A stretch of 28,131 nt of DNA from an uncultured Verrucomicrobiota bacterium (GTDB lineage Bacteria > Verrucomicrobiota > Kiritimatiellia > CAIKKV01 > CAITUY01), in assembly GCA_964609375.1 (NCBI GenBank), contig CAZSSA010000026.1, positions 1-28,131 on the forward strand. Direction: 5' to 3'. Of the stretch, positions 17,392 to 26,505 are shown one piece after another. The stretch's first letter is position 1. Every line of letters begins with the position of its first letter. Below the pieces are notes generated by a model. That model was not told where the DNA came from. It did not search any database and saw only the letters and a list, made by a program, of their open reading frames with translations. The translations under genes were made by a program, and so were the position numbers.

Positions 17392-18930
17392 CTATCGTGA
17401 ACGGGATTCCGGGGGCGCCATTTGAACATCCGCAGGCAGATCCTTGGGTTGCATCCATTCATCCTGCAAAGCGCCGTAATAATGAACCCGCACGAGGCAT
17501 CCGTAAAACTGGGCTTTCCGCTGGAGACCGGCAGGAACGCCATACGAGGCGGAGACGGTTTTGCTGGTCTTTTCGGGCCAGGCGCCCTGCAGGGGCGGGG
17601 GCGGTGTGATCGTGGCGGTCGTTGGGTGGATGAGGCCGGTGGCGAGGTCGCGGTCATAGAATCGGACGGTGATGGTGACGGCGGCGGCATCGATCATTTT
17701 TTCCTGGCTGGTGGCTTCGAGCGTGGTGGAGAGAATTCGCAATTCACTTTGTCCGGCGGATTCGGGGAATTTATTAATTTCCGTGGAGGTAATCTTGATG
17801 CGTCCTGAGAAGGGGAAGACATAGTGTTCGCGGGCGTTGGAAAGCTTTGTCAATTCAGCGCGGGCTTTTCCGGCGGCGGGGGAATCGGGTGCGCGGCGGA
17901 CCAGGGAGCTGAGCTGGGACATGGCCGGTTCCAGGCGTCCACGCTCGGCGAGGAGGCGGGCACGTTCGATATAGGACTCGGCGAAATCGGGGTCAACGCG
18001 CTGGATTCCGGCGAGGACCTGCTCGGCTTCGTCCGGTGACTGGTTGCTGGCGGCGGACCGTGCGTCGCTCATCATATCCCGAACGCGGGACTGCAGAATT
18101 TCGTTGGCGGCGGACTCGATTTCCTTTTTGGCCCGTTCCATCTCGGCGGCAGCGGAGTCGGTTCGCGACGTGGCGATGGCGGCCTCGGCGCTGATGAGGT
18201 CGGAAGAGGAGTTGGCTTGGGCGGCAATGGAAGAAGGGGAGGGAGAGCCGGAGTCTGCCAGCGGAATTGATGGAATATTGGTGATGGGGGATGTGGAAAT
18301 GACAGGGTTCAGGGTTGAGGGTTCGGGGTTGAGGGAGGGGAGGGGTTCCGTCTCGGGCTCGACTTCTATTGGAGGCGCCATGTTGACTGAGGCGGCGGAT
18401 GATGAGGTTGTGGCGGTCGGAGCAAGGGTTGGGGCTTTGCTGGTGACGACAGGCGGCGCCATTCGGGTGGTGGCTGGTTTTGTGCGGGAGCGAGCGGGCG
18501 GCGGGGTTATCTCGCGGCGGCAGCGCTGGGTGATGGAGGCCAGGATAATCAAGGCGATGACCACGCCGACGACTTTTTTCCACAGGCGGCGTTTGGCTTC
18601 CTGGGCTTCGCCGAGGACTTCTGCCTGGACGTATGCCTGGATCAGAAAGCGGGTGCGGCCGACTTCAACGACGTCGCCATGTTTGAGCTGGGCCTCGCGG
18701 GTTTCGCGGTTGTTGACGAGGATACGGTTCATGGAACCCAGGTCTCGAATGCGAAGGCCGTCGGGCGTGTGGGTGATTTCCGCATGCAGGGAGGCGATTT
18801 CGGTATCTTCAAAGCGGATGTCGCAGGCGGCGTCGCGTCCGATTTGCATGGGATCCGGCGCCACCGTGATGCGTTCCCCCCGGCGTTCCCCGTTTAAGAT
18901 GATGAGCCTGAAGATCATAGATGCGGGCAT
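17392..18930 (-). CDS. FHA-domain membrane protein: cytoplasmic FHA, single TM, Pro/Ser/Thr-rich periplasmic linker, and a C-terminal helical (TPR-like) domain
   Basis: The FHA signature is ITVAPDPMQIGRDAACDIRFEDTEIASLHAEITHTPDGLRIRDLGSMNRILVNNRE...GDVVEVGRTRF. The TM helix is KKVVGVVIALIILASI. The linker spans about 120 aa and is rich in P/S/T/A. Likely start ATGs are at 18930 or 18918. The track ORF begins at 18990. Confidence 0.75.
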   Translation of the reverse strand: MPASMIFRLIILNGERRGERITVAPDPMQIGRDAACDIRFEDTEIASLHAEITHTPDGLRIRDLGSMNRILVNNRETREAQLKHGDVVEVGRTRFLIQAYVQAEVLGEAQEAKRRLWKKVVGVVIALIILASITQRCRREITPPPARSRTKPATTRMAPPVVTSKAPTLAPTATTSSSAASVNMAPPIEVEPETEPLPSLNPEPSTLNPVISTSPITNIPSIPLADSGSPSPSSIAAQANSSSDLISAEAAIATSRTDSAAAEMERAKKEIESAANEILQSRVRDMMSDARSAASNQSPDEAEQVLAGIQRVDPDFAESYIERARLLAERGRLEPAMSQLSSLVRRAPDSPAAGKARAELTKLSNAREHYVFPFSGRIKITSTEINKFPESAGQSELRILSTTLEATSQEKMIDAAAVTITVRFYDRDLATGLIHPTTATITPPPPLQGAWPEKTSKTVSASYGVPAGLQRKAQFYGCLVRVHYYGALQDEWMQPKDLPADVQMAPPESRSR

Positions 18931-19138
18931 ACTACACAAGGTGGGTGTGTGGGGGAAAGAGCGAAAATCGGGCAACGGCGATTCAGGCACTGGGGAGGGG
19001 CCGACCTAGTTCTGTCCCTGCGGCCTGGCGATTCGAGTCGCCGGAGCCAGCGTGACGATTGGGTAGTGTTACTTGTTGATTCCGCTGACCCTAGCGCCCG
19101 CTCACCGCTCACATAACGGATAAAAGGATATTGCCATT

Positions 19139-19435
19139 TTGCACATCGAGTCTATCATTAAGGGCATGATAAGCGTAGACGACAGCAAGACAATTAGGGA
19201 ATTGGCGGCAAAATACTCGCTGAAAAAAGTTCTCCTGTTTGGTTCGGCCGCCAGGAAAGACAGCGGATATGGCGACATTGATCTCGCCATTGAAGGTATC
19301 CGCCCACAGGAGTTTTTCCGCTTTTATGGGGAACTGATGAGTCGCCTGTCTGTGCCGGTTGACGTGATGGATTTGTCCAAGCCCAAGCGATTCTCCCGAA
19401 TGGTGAGCCGGGAAGGGATTTTGATTTATGGCTGA
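19139..19435 (+). CDS. MNT-type minimal nucleotidyltransferase (antitoxin partner of HepT)
   Basis: Contains LLFGSAARKDSGYGDIDLAIEG, the GSx9-13DxD nucleotidyltransferase motif. It is about 98 aa long. The track start at 19139 is a TTG. It overlaps the downstream HEPN gene by 8 bp. Confidence 0.8.
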   Translation: MHIESIIKGMISVDDSKTIRELAAKYSLKKVLLFGSAARKDSGYGDIDLAIEGIRPQEFFRFYGELMSRLSVPVDVMDLSKPKRFSRMVSREGILIYG

Positions 19436-19868
19436 ACTAAGGGAATGTGTGGAGGCGGAGGAGGAAAATATTCGGTATGCGTTAAGGCAACTGCCGAATG
19501 TTGATCGACTAAGCACATTGTCTGACTTGGAACTCGCTGGTACGGCGGCGTTATTGCACAGCATCTATAACGGCCTTGAAAATGTATTGAAGCAGGTGAT
19601 TCAGGGAGTGGGTGGCGATGTTCCGACAGGGTCAACTTGGCATCGGGATTTGTTGCTTCAAGTACAGGCTTGCCACATTTTGGCACAGGTGACGGTGGAT
19701 GCCCTTCGGCCATTTATGGCGTTTCGGCATTTTTTCAGTCATGCCTATGTATTGGATTTGGACCCCGCCCGTATGGAGTTATTGGTTGGTACGGCTAAGC
19801 AGGTTGTTGATCAGGTCCTTATTGAGGTATTGGCGCATATCAACAGCGCAAAAGGTTCTGGAACCTGA
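19428..19868 (+). CDS. HepT-like HEPN-domain toxin
   Basis: 146 aa, all-helical, carrying the RHFFSHAY (Rx4HxY) HEPN catalytic motif near the C-terminal third. It sits directly downstream of, and overlapping, the MNT gene. Confidence 0.75.
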   Translation: MAELRECVEAEEENIRYALRQLPNVDRLSTLSDLELAGTAALLHSIYNGLENVLKQVIQGVGGDVPTGSTWHRDLLLQVQACHILAQVTVDALRPFMAFRHFFSHAYVLDLDPARMELLVGTAKQVVDQVLIEVLAHINSAKGSGT

Positions 19869-19934
19869 TTGTTGCAATCATGCCCTAATTGATTTGGATA
19901 TGGCGGAGACAAGGAAACTGGGTATGATGGCCGC

Positions 19935-21620
19935 ATGATGAAAACGGCGCCTGCATCCATTCGATTGACGTTTAACGATGGTCGCGCGGCGGAGTGTCCG
20001 CCACGTACCGTCATCCGGGATATTCTCCCTTCCATGACCAGCCCGGAGGGGCGGCCCTATATCGCCGCCCTGGTGAACAACGACATCACCTCGCTGAGTT
20101 ATCCCGTGGAGCATGATAGCGAGATCCGGCTATTGACGATGGATGACTCGGAGGGCCGCCCTGTTTTCCAGCGGTCCATGGCCTTCCTGCTGGCGAAAGC
20201 CGTGCGGGAGCTTTTCCCTGAGGCGGCGTGGTCGGTGGATTATGCGGTGGGGAGCGGGTTGTATTGCACATTTGAGAGTCAGCCGGGAAATGGCAATGGG
20301 GGCATTACAGAGGAGCAGGTTCGCGCGATTCAGGAGCGCATGAAGGCATTGGTGGCGGATAACCTGCCGATCGAGCGGAAGAAGATTTCCTTCAGGGAAG
20401 TGACCCGGCGGCTGACGGAGGCCGGGCAGACCGATAAGCTGAATCTTCTCCGGTTCCGTAATCCCCCCCGGGTGGTGATTCATGAGTGCGACGGATTTTA
20501 TGATCTGGCGCAGGGGCCCCTGGCGCCGGGAACCGGGGCTCTGGACTTTTTCAACCTGATCCATTATCCGCCGGGCTTTGTCCTGCAGCTTCCGGCGGTG
20601 GGCGAGACCCGTGTGGCCCCGTTCAAGGATCAGCCGCACTTATTCAAAATCTTCCGCCAGCATAAGCAGTGGGGGCGGACGATGGAGGTGAATACGGTCG
20701 GGCGGCTCAACGAGATTATCGTCAACGGCAATATTGGTGATTTCGTCAAGGTGGCGGAAGCGTTGCACGAGAAGAATGTGGCGGGGATTGCCGATGAAAT
20801 CTACCGGCGACGGGACCGGGCGCGGATTGTTCTGGTGGCGGGACCCTCCTCGGCCGGCAAGACAACCTTCTCGAAGCGGCTGGGGGTGCAGTTGCGTGTC
20901 AATGGTTTCCATGTCTCCATGATTTCGCTGGATAACTATTTCTTTGGCATGGATCGCACGCCCAGGGAGGCGGACGGGAAGCCCGACTTTGAGCATATTG
21001 ACGCCATTGACCGAACGTTGTTTGAAGAGCATATGCGGCAGATTACAGACGGCAAGGAAGTGGAGTTGCCGGAGTTTGATTTTGAGACCAAGCAACGGGT
21101 ATACCGCGGGCAGCGCATCAAGTTGGGGAGAAACAGCGTATTAATCATTGAGGGGATACACGGGCTCAATCCGGGACTGGCGCCGATGGTTCCGGCGGAG
21201 GCGCAGTTCAAGGTTTACGTCAGTGCGCTGACGCAGCTCAGCGTGGATGCGAACAACAGGATTTCGACGACGGATAACCGGTTGTTGCGGCGGATGGTGC
21301 GTGATCACAAGTATCGGGGGAATTCAGCCTTGCAGACCATGCGGATGTGGGCTTCGGTGCGGAGGGGGGAGGAGCGGTGGATATTCCCGTTCCAGGGCCA
21401 GGCGGATGCCACGTTCAATTCCGCGCTCGATTATGAGATTGCCGTGTTGAAACCGTTGGCGGAACCGTTGTTGATGGAGGTGACGCCCTTTGAGCGGGAA
21501 TATGCCGAGGCCCGGCGGCTGACGGGATTCCTGCAGAACTTCATTGGCATGTCCGACCGTGAGGTGCCGAACACGTCGATGCTGAGGGAATATATCGGGC
21601 GGAGCAGTTTCAAATATTGA
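19935..21620 (+). CDS. uridine/nucleoside kinase family protein with an N-terminal TGS/ThrRS-like domain
   Basis: The C-terminal half has a P-loop (VLVAGPSSAGKTTFSKRLG), ISLDNYF, IIEGIHGLNP and a uridine-kinase-like lid. The N-terminal ~230 aa resemble the ThrRS TGS domain plus second additional domain. This fusion architecture is known. Confidence 0.8.
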   Translation: MMKTAPASIRLTFNDGRAAECPPRTVIRDILPSMTSPEGRPYIAALVNNDITSLSYPVEHDSEIRLLTMDDSEGRPVFQRSMAFLLAKAVRELFPEAAWSVDYAVGSGLYCTFESQPGNGNGGITEEQVRAIQERMKALVADNLPIERKKISFREVTRRLTEAGQTDKLNLLRFRNPPRVVIHECDGFYDLAQGPLAPGTGALDFFNLIHYPPGFVLQLPAVGETRVAPFKDQPHLFKIFRQHKQWGRTMEVNTVGRLNEIIVNGNIGDFVKVAEALHEKNVAGIADEIYRRRDRARIVLVAGPSSAGKTTFSKRLGVQLRVNGFHVSMISLDNYFFGMDRTPREADGKPDFEHIDAIDRTLFEEHMRQITDGKEVELPEFDFETKQRVYRGQRIKLGRNSVLIIEGIHGLNPGLAPMVPAEAQFKVYVSALTQLSVDANNRISTTDNRLLRRMVRDHKYRGNSALQTMRMWASVRRGEERWIFPFQGQADATFNSALDYEIAVLKPLAEPLLMEVTPFEREYAEARRLTGFLQNFIGMSDREVPNTSMLREYIGRSSFKY

Positions 21621-21696
21621 ATCCACTACGGCAAGAAGTGGTGGTTACTCCAATATAATTATAGACTAGTTCTTTTACTAATATTACCTTGCCGCC

Positions 21697-23166
21697 ATGA
21701 ATGGGTGGTTTGCAGGCGAGGGATGTTTTTCGGGGGCGGAACGGTATCGTGCGTTGCGCGAAAACCGTGGCGGTGTGGTGCGGGAACGTAGCGGCGCGCC
21801 GGATCCCTTTTTGTGGTCTGAGCGGCACTTGCGTTGTGTGTGGGCCGACTCCCGGTGGCGTCCGGCTGACTTGATGACGCTGGATCGGCAACGGGTGGCG
21901 GTTGAGGATCCCGGACGGTGGAATCTTGAGGCGGGGCCTGATTTTCTGGATGCGGTGCTGCGGGTTGAACCCGGTGCCCGCCTGATCCGGGGAGATGTGG
22001 AACTGCATATACGGCCGCACGACTGGATTCAACATGGGCACTCCAGCGATCCTCGTTATCAGCGGGTAGTGGCCCATGTCACGTATTATCCCGGCGCGAT
22101 GGAGGGCGGATTCCTGCCGAAAGGCGCCATTGAAGTTTCCTTGAGCGATGCGTTGCGCCGCAATCCCCTTTTTTCCTTCGAGGCCATGGATGTGAGTGCT
22201 TATCCCTATGCGGAATCTGATCCGCATCCGCCTTGTGCGTTGACCTTGGCGGGATGGAGTCCGGAGCGGCGGATCTCGTTGCTGGAGTCGGCTGGGGCTG
22301 AGCGACTACGGGTGAAGGCGGCGCGCTTGCGGGCTGAGATGGCAGAGCGGCATCCCCGTCAGGTGTTGTACGAGGAAGTCATGAGCGGGCTGGGATTCAA
22401 GCATAACCGGCAGGCGTTCCGGTCGCTGGCGACAAGGGTGTCGTTGGAGAGCCTGTGGCATGACGTGGAGGGGCAGGGCGTGGTGGCGGCGTATGCGTTG
22501 TTAAGCGGTGTGTCCGGGTTGCTGCCTGCCAAAACGGCTCCACAGTGGGATGAGGAGGCGCGGCGTTTTATCCGGTCGGTTTGGGATATCTGGTGGAAAC
22601 AGAAGGCTGGCTGGGACGGGCAGGTGATGGAAAAGAGCGAATGGCGGTTGGCGAATCTGAGGCCTCCGAATCATCCCTTGCGGCGCCTGATGGCAGCGGC
22701 GGAACTGTTTTGCGGGGAGCGGGCGTTATTGGGCGAGGCTGGGAAGTGGCGGGGGGAGGGCGAAGGGTTGTGCGGTAAGGTTATGGATTATCTTGGTGAG
22801 ATTGGTGGTGAAGGGTTTTGGGGACGGCGAACGGCGTTGGGAGCGGCGCCGTTGGAGCGTCCGATGGCCTTGATCGGGCCGGGTCGGGCGGCGGCATTAC
22901 TCTCCAATGCGATCCTGCCGTGGATGGCGGCGGGAGAGGATGGGGATTGGCCGGGTGAAGAGGTCTTGAAAGCGCTACCGGCAGAGGATGACAACCGCTT
23001 TATCCGGCATATGGCGCATGCGTTGTTCGGGCATGACCATAATCCGAACCTGTACCGGACGGGATTGCGTCAGCAGGGGTTGCTACAGGTGTTTCATGAT
23101 TTTTGCCTGAATGGAAGCGGCGGGTGCAAGGCCTGCCGGTTACCTCGAATTCTCGGTGAGGGTTGA
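21697..23166 (+). CDS. DUF2851 family protein
   Basis: Contains ERHLRCVWADSRW...GRWNLEAGPDFLDAVLRV...GDVELHIRPHDWIQHGH..DPRYQRVVAHV. These match the conserved DUF2851 N-terminal motifs (fLqfiWq / NtdaGPDF / GnVEiHlkaSDWyrHgH). Confidence 0.7.
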   Translation: MNGWFAGEGCFSGAERYRALRENRGGVVRERSGAPDPFLWSERHLRCVWADSRWRPADLMTLDRQRVAVEDPGRWNLEAGPDFLDAVLRVEPGARLIRGDVELHIRPHDWIQHGHSSDPRYQRVVAHVTYYPGAMEGGFLPKGAIEVSLSDALRRNPLFSFEAMDVSAYPYAESDPHPPCALTLAGWSPERRISLLESAGAERLRVKAARLRAEMAERHPRQVLYEEVMSGLGFKHNRQAFRSLATRVSLESLWHDVEGQGVVAAYALLSGVSGLLPAKTAPQWDEEARRFIRSVWDIWWKQKAGWDGQVMEKSEWRLANLRPPNHPLRRLMAAAELFCGERALLGEAGKWRGEGEGLCGKVMDYLGEIGGEGFWGRRTALGAAPLERPMALIGPGRAAALLSNAILPWMAAGEDGDWPGEEVLKALPAEDDNRFIRHMAHALFGHDHNPNLYRTGLRQQGLLQVFHDFCLNGSGGCKACRLPRILGEG

Positions 23167-23218
23167 ACGTAGTAGGTAGGGGCGTCCCTGTCATCGAATG
23201 ACGACGAGACTGGTTTTG

Positions 23219-23962
23219 TCACCAGAATTGGTAGGCGGCGAAGGCCAGGACGTAGAGGCCGAGCAGGAAGTTGGTCGTCATATGCGCGATGACGGCGGCG
23301 GTGAGATCGCGGGTACGCAGATAAAGGGCGCCATAGGCCAGACCGGCGAGGATTCCCACGAGCCAGCGATCATGTTCCATGCCGAACAAGACGGCGGTCA
23401 GCAGGAACATGCCGAGGTGGATGGGGCGTTCGGGGACAGAGAGGAAGGAGCGGTTGATCATCCACCGGTAGAGGAATCCGCGCCAGAAGTATTCCTCGGC
23501 GGCGGCGATGACGAGGGTGGAGCCGGTGAGACGGATGAGGGTCAGGGTCCAGCCGCAGATTTCGGGGGCGGAGGGGTGGGTGGCCTCGATACCGGTGATG
23601 ACGCCGAGAGGGCGGATGCCGAACCGGAGGTAGAGGTCATTGAGGTAGGGGTAATGGTAGATCCAAGGCAATTCAGGGCCGATCCATACGATGAAGACCC
23701 CGATGCCGACAGCGATGGCGAGGGGGAGGTACCGGATGTTGAGGGGACGATAGAAGCGCCAGGGGCGGAGCGTCAGGAGCAAACAGGCGACGACAACGGT
23801 CTGGAGGGCATAGCGCCAGGGCAAGGACGGCAAAGGGATCATCATGATGCCGAGCCAGGCGATGAATGGCGCAGCGTGGGCCCATATGGCTTGATTACTG
23901 TTCGGTGTTGGAGCTGGCGAATCCATACGCGGTATGATGCGGGAAGTGATGGAGAAAAACAA
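23219..23962 (-). CDS. CPBP (CAAX/Abi) family intramembrane metalloprotease
   Basis: Multi-TM protein with motif 1 AAEEYFWRGFLY, motif 2 FGMEH, and motif 3 AVIAHMTTNF. Confidence 0.85.
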   Translation of the reverse strand: MFFSITSRIIPRMDSPAPTPNSNQAIWAHAAPFIAWLGIMMIPLPSLPWRYALQTVVVACLLLTLRPWRFYRPLNIRYLPLAIAVGIGVFIVWIGPELPWIYHYPYLNDLYLRFGIRPLGVITGIEATHPSAPEICGWTLTLIRLTGSTLVIAAAEEYFWRGFLYRWMINRSFLSVPERPIHLGMFLLTAVLFGMEHDRWLVGILAGLAYGALYLRTRDLTAAVIAHMTTNFLLGLYVLAFAAYQFW

Positions 23963-24327
23963 GGGGATCTGGATGGTGCCAAATCCCCGCCCAAGAACGT
24001 TTTGGCGATGCCTTGATATAATTGAGGTATAAGATAAGGTTCAAGAACGGGTGAGTCCTGGAGAATCTAGAAGGAAAAGCCGTTGCCGACGAGGAGGTTC
24101 AGTTGATAGATTTCGCGCGAGACCGGCAGGCATCACGCTGCGCGATCGGAGCATAATCAACGGGGCGTGAGCGTGATTAAATGCGGAGTACGCCGCGGAG
24201 GGAGTCGGAAGATAACATCCCGAACGGTGTCGCAGAGTACGCTCGCAAGCTCGCGCCCGTGAACGCCAATGTTCCTGGTGGATGTCGTCATTTGTAGAAA
24301 CACAACGTGGAGGCCTACTTGAATACG

Positions 24328-25629
24328 ATGAAATGGATGATTGTGACAGCCGTGTTGGTCGTGATGGGGAGAATGGCTGGAATGGCCGGAGAAAAGGATT
24401 TGTCTCCCGGGCAGGTGACACGCGTGGCCTGTGACCTGAACGCCAAGCCGAATGCTGTTGTTATTTTCAAGGGCACATCGGAAGACACCGGAACCGCCAG
24501 GCAAACGAAGGATTTTCACTACGATGTGTATTTGCCTTCCGACTACGGGAATGACAGCGCGGCATTCCATCCCGCCATGTTCATCGCCTCGCCCGGCGGA
24601 AATGCCGGAATGGGCGCGATGGGAACGCGGCTCAAGAAGGACGGATGGATTGTCATCATGCTGGTGGAATCGAAGAACGGTAATCGCGAATGGCTGAACA
24701 ACTTCCTGGCCGCCCATGATGACGCCGTCCAACGTTTCCGAATTGCCCCTGGCGCGAAATTCGCCACTGGCATGTCTGGTGGCGCCCGGTGCGCATCCAT
24801 GTATCCGCTGACGCGGCCTGGATTTCGCGGTGTCGTATTGCAGGCGGCGGGTTTCGCGGACGGGTTCATCCATCTGGAGTTCACTACCCGCAAGAAGGAT
24901 GTGTTTTCGCGGTATCCTCCGCACACGCTGGTTGCCGCAACATTTGGGGACAAGGATGCCAATCTGTTTGAATCTTTTGAAATTCGCAGGCTGTTGCCGG
25001 CGGGATGCCAAAGGCATGTGGAGGTGTTTCAGGGGGGGCATGAGTGGTGCCCCGCCACTGTTTTTGACCGCACCCTGGATTGGATCGAGGACCAGGCGTT
25101 TTTAGCAAAACCGGCCATGACAGGACCCTGCCGGTTGCTCGGACTTGACGTGCGAGCCGAGCCAATGAGCCAGGCTGGCTACCTTTGGTTCTTTCGCTTG
25201 ACCCAGGCCAGAGCCGAAACCGCCCAATTACCGGCGGCGAAGTATCGGCAACTTGAGCGTCTGCCCATCATCGCCAGGAATGGCAATTTGAGTGGTGTGC
25301 CTGCGGTTCGCGCAACGCTTTCCCAGATCGAGCCGCTGCTGAGAGAGCTGTCGCTAACGCCGGAAGTTCAGGAACTGGTCAAAGCCAGACAGGCACATGC
25401 CCGCGCCATGCAAGCATACAGCAAGTTTGAAACCTCCTTGATGAGGGGGGGCTGGGAGTTCCGCTCCACTCGTGTTTCAGCGATGGAACTCAAGGATTTG
25501 CAGGCCTTTTTCTCCGAGAGCGGAAAGGTTCTCGCCAAGTACGCGGAATCGCCAGAAGTAGCTCAACTGCGTTGTCTGAACGATTCGTTGAAGCTGGAGT
25601 TTTCCGGACCCGGGGCAAAGCAGTTGTAA
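24328..25629 (+). CDS. secreted alpha/beta-hydrolase fold esterase-like protein with a C-terminal helical extension
   Basis: Signal peptide MKWMIVTAVLVVMGRMAGMAG. The nucleophile elbow is GMSGG (GxSxG). The candidate Asp lies in FGDKDAN and the candidate His in QGGHEW. The track ORF begins at an upstream GTG at 24307. GC content is lower than in the flanking core genes. Confidence 0.6.
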   Translation: MKWMIVTAVLVVMGRMAGMAGEKDLSPGQVTRVACDLNAKPNAVVIFKGTSEDTGTARQTKDFHYDVYLPSDYGNDSAAFHPAMFIASPGGNAGMGAMGTRLKKDGWIVIMLVESKNGNREWLNNFLAAHDDAVQRFRIAPGAKFATGMSGGARCASMYPLTRPGFRGVVLQAAGFADGFIHLEFTTRKKDVFSRYPPHTLVAATFGDKDANLFESFEIRRLLPAGCQRHVEVFQGGHEWCPATVFDRTLDWIEDQAFLAKPAMTGPCRLLGLDVRAEPMSQAGYLWFFRLTQARAETAQLPAAKYRQLERLPIIARNGNLSGVPAVRATLSQIEPLLRELSLTPEVQELVKARQAHARAMQAYSKFETSLMRGGWEFRSTRVSAMELKDLQAFFSESGKVLAKYAESPEVAQLRCLNDSLKLEFSGPGAKQL

Positions 25630-25632
25630 TGA

Positions 25633-26505
25633 TGGTTTTTTTCCTATGATGCCAACGGGAACCTCACGGACCTTGTGGGGATGGACGGCGCCGTGGCCGC
25701 CCACTACGAGTATGATCCTTATGGGAACACGATTGCCAAGTCCGGCGCACTCGCCGATGTGAATCCGTTCAGGTTCTCGACGAAGTATTTCGATTCTGAG
25801 ACTTCGTTCTACTACTACGGCCACAGATATTACAGCCCGGGGTTGGGGAGGTGGGCCAGTCGCGATCCTATCGAGGACTCCGGATTTAGGCGCATGAGGT
25901 CGCTTCAGGGTGCTATCTCAAAAACAAAGCGAAGAACAAGAGATGATCATGACCGCCTGGCTAGCAAGATGTCGCAACTAGTTGCACTTCTTCAGAAGAA
26001 CGGTCAAATCCCTGCAGTAAATTGGTTGCGTCAGCATTTCCCGAGTGCTTCACGTAACTGCAAAGCACCGAACATGCGGCGCAGTCTGCGGCTTTCTCTG
26101 GATCCCTATGTCTTTGTGTCTAATCGGCCTGTGCTCTGGGTTGACCCGCAGGGACTCATCCGTTTCGTTTGGGGGCCTGTGCCTTTGCCGAATGATGACC
26201 CATGGTACGAAGAACCAAGTCCTTGGCCGTCTGATCCTCCCCCTCCCCCCGAACCAGGAACCTGCGATGATCCAGCCACATGTGCAGGTGGCTCAGTAGG
26301 ACCACAAGACGACCTGTGCAGTGTGCCCTTTATTGGATGTTTCATGGATCTACATCCAGGAATCCTGCAGTGCTGTAAGGATCACGATAACTGTTACGGC
26401 AACAATGACTGCAACGCCTGTTCCTGGTTTTCGGACTGCGGCAGCGAGGGGTGTAAGGACTGCAACAGGACAGTGGTTGACTGTATTATCGATGCAATAC
26501 TATGA
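25633..26505 (+). CDS. orphan RHS C-terminal tip: the end of the RHS repeat-associated core (YD repeats, DPxG motif) fused to a phospholipase-A2-like Cys-rich toxin domain
   Basis: The frame opens right after a TGA at 25630, with no upstream rhs body. The first in-frame starts are GTG 25675 and ATG 25681. The sequence is FFSYDANGNLTDLVGMDGAVAAHYEYDPYGN...NPFRFSTKYFDSETSFYYYGHRYYSPGLGRWASRDPIEDSG, which is the canonical RHS core end. A ~215-aa C-terminal domain follows, ending CCKDHDNCYGNNDCNACSW...C..C. The CCxxHDxCY motif is the secreted PLA2 His-Asp active-site motif. Confidence 0.7.
   Translation, partial: WFFSYDANGNLTDLVGMDGAVAAHYEYDPYGNTIAKSGALADVNPFRFSTKYFDSETSFYYYGHRYYSPGLGRWASRDPIEDSGFRRMRSLQGAISKTKRRTRDDHDRLASKMSQLVALLQKNGQIPAVNWLRQHFPSASRNCKAPNMRRSLRLSLDPYVFVSNRPVLWVDPQGLIRFVWGPVPLPNDDPWYEEPSPWPSDPPPPPEPGTCDDPATCAGGSVGPQDDLCSVPFIGCFMDLHPGILQCCKDHDNCYGNNDCNACSWFSDCGSEGCKDCNRTVVDCIIDAIL
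25819..25870 (+). repeat. direct repeat (copy 1) shared with 27794-27845; a likely homologous-recombination substrate for RHS tip displacement
   Basis: By eye, 44 of 51 nt are identical between the two RHS core-end segments. The repeats flank the toxin-immunity module. Confidence 0.6.

Noticed and set aside
18044-19009. 321-aa plus-strand ORF
   Set aside because: It is antisense to the FHA-domain gene. It is a shadow ORF.
18931-19138. 208-bp intergenic region, checked for a tRNA or small RNA gene
   Set aside because: It has no cloverleaf-compatible segments and no GTTCGA T-loop box. It contains only a short 5-bp hairpin (GGCGATTCGAGTCGCC). It is most simply the divergent promoter region for the FHA operon and the MNT-HepT pair.
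23198-24016. 272-aa plus-strand acidic (Asp/Glu/Gly-rich) ORF
   Set aside because: It is antisense to the CPBP protease gene, which carries all three CAAX-protease motifs. It is a shadow ORF.
24157-25041. 294-aa minus-strand ORF
   Set aside because: It is antisense to the alpha/beta-hydrolase gene. It has no recognisable domain, and the sense strand has the catalytic-triad motifs.
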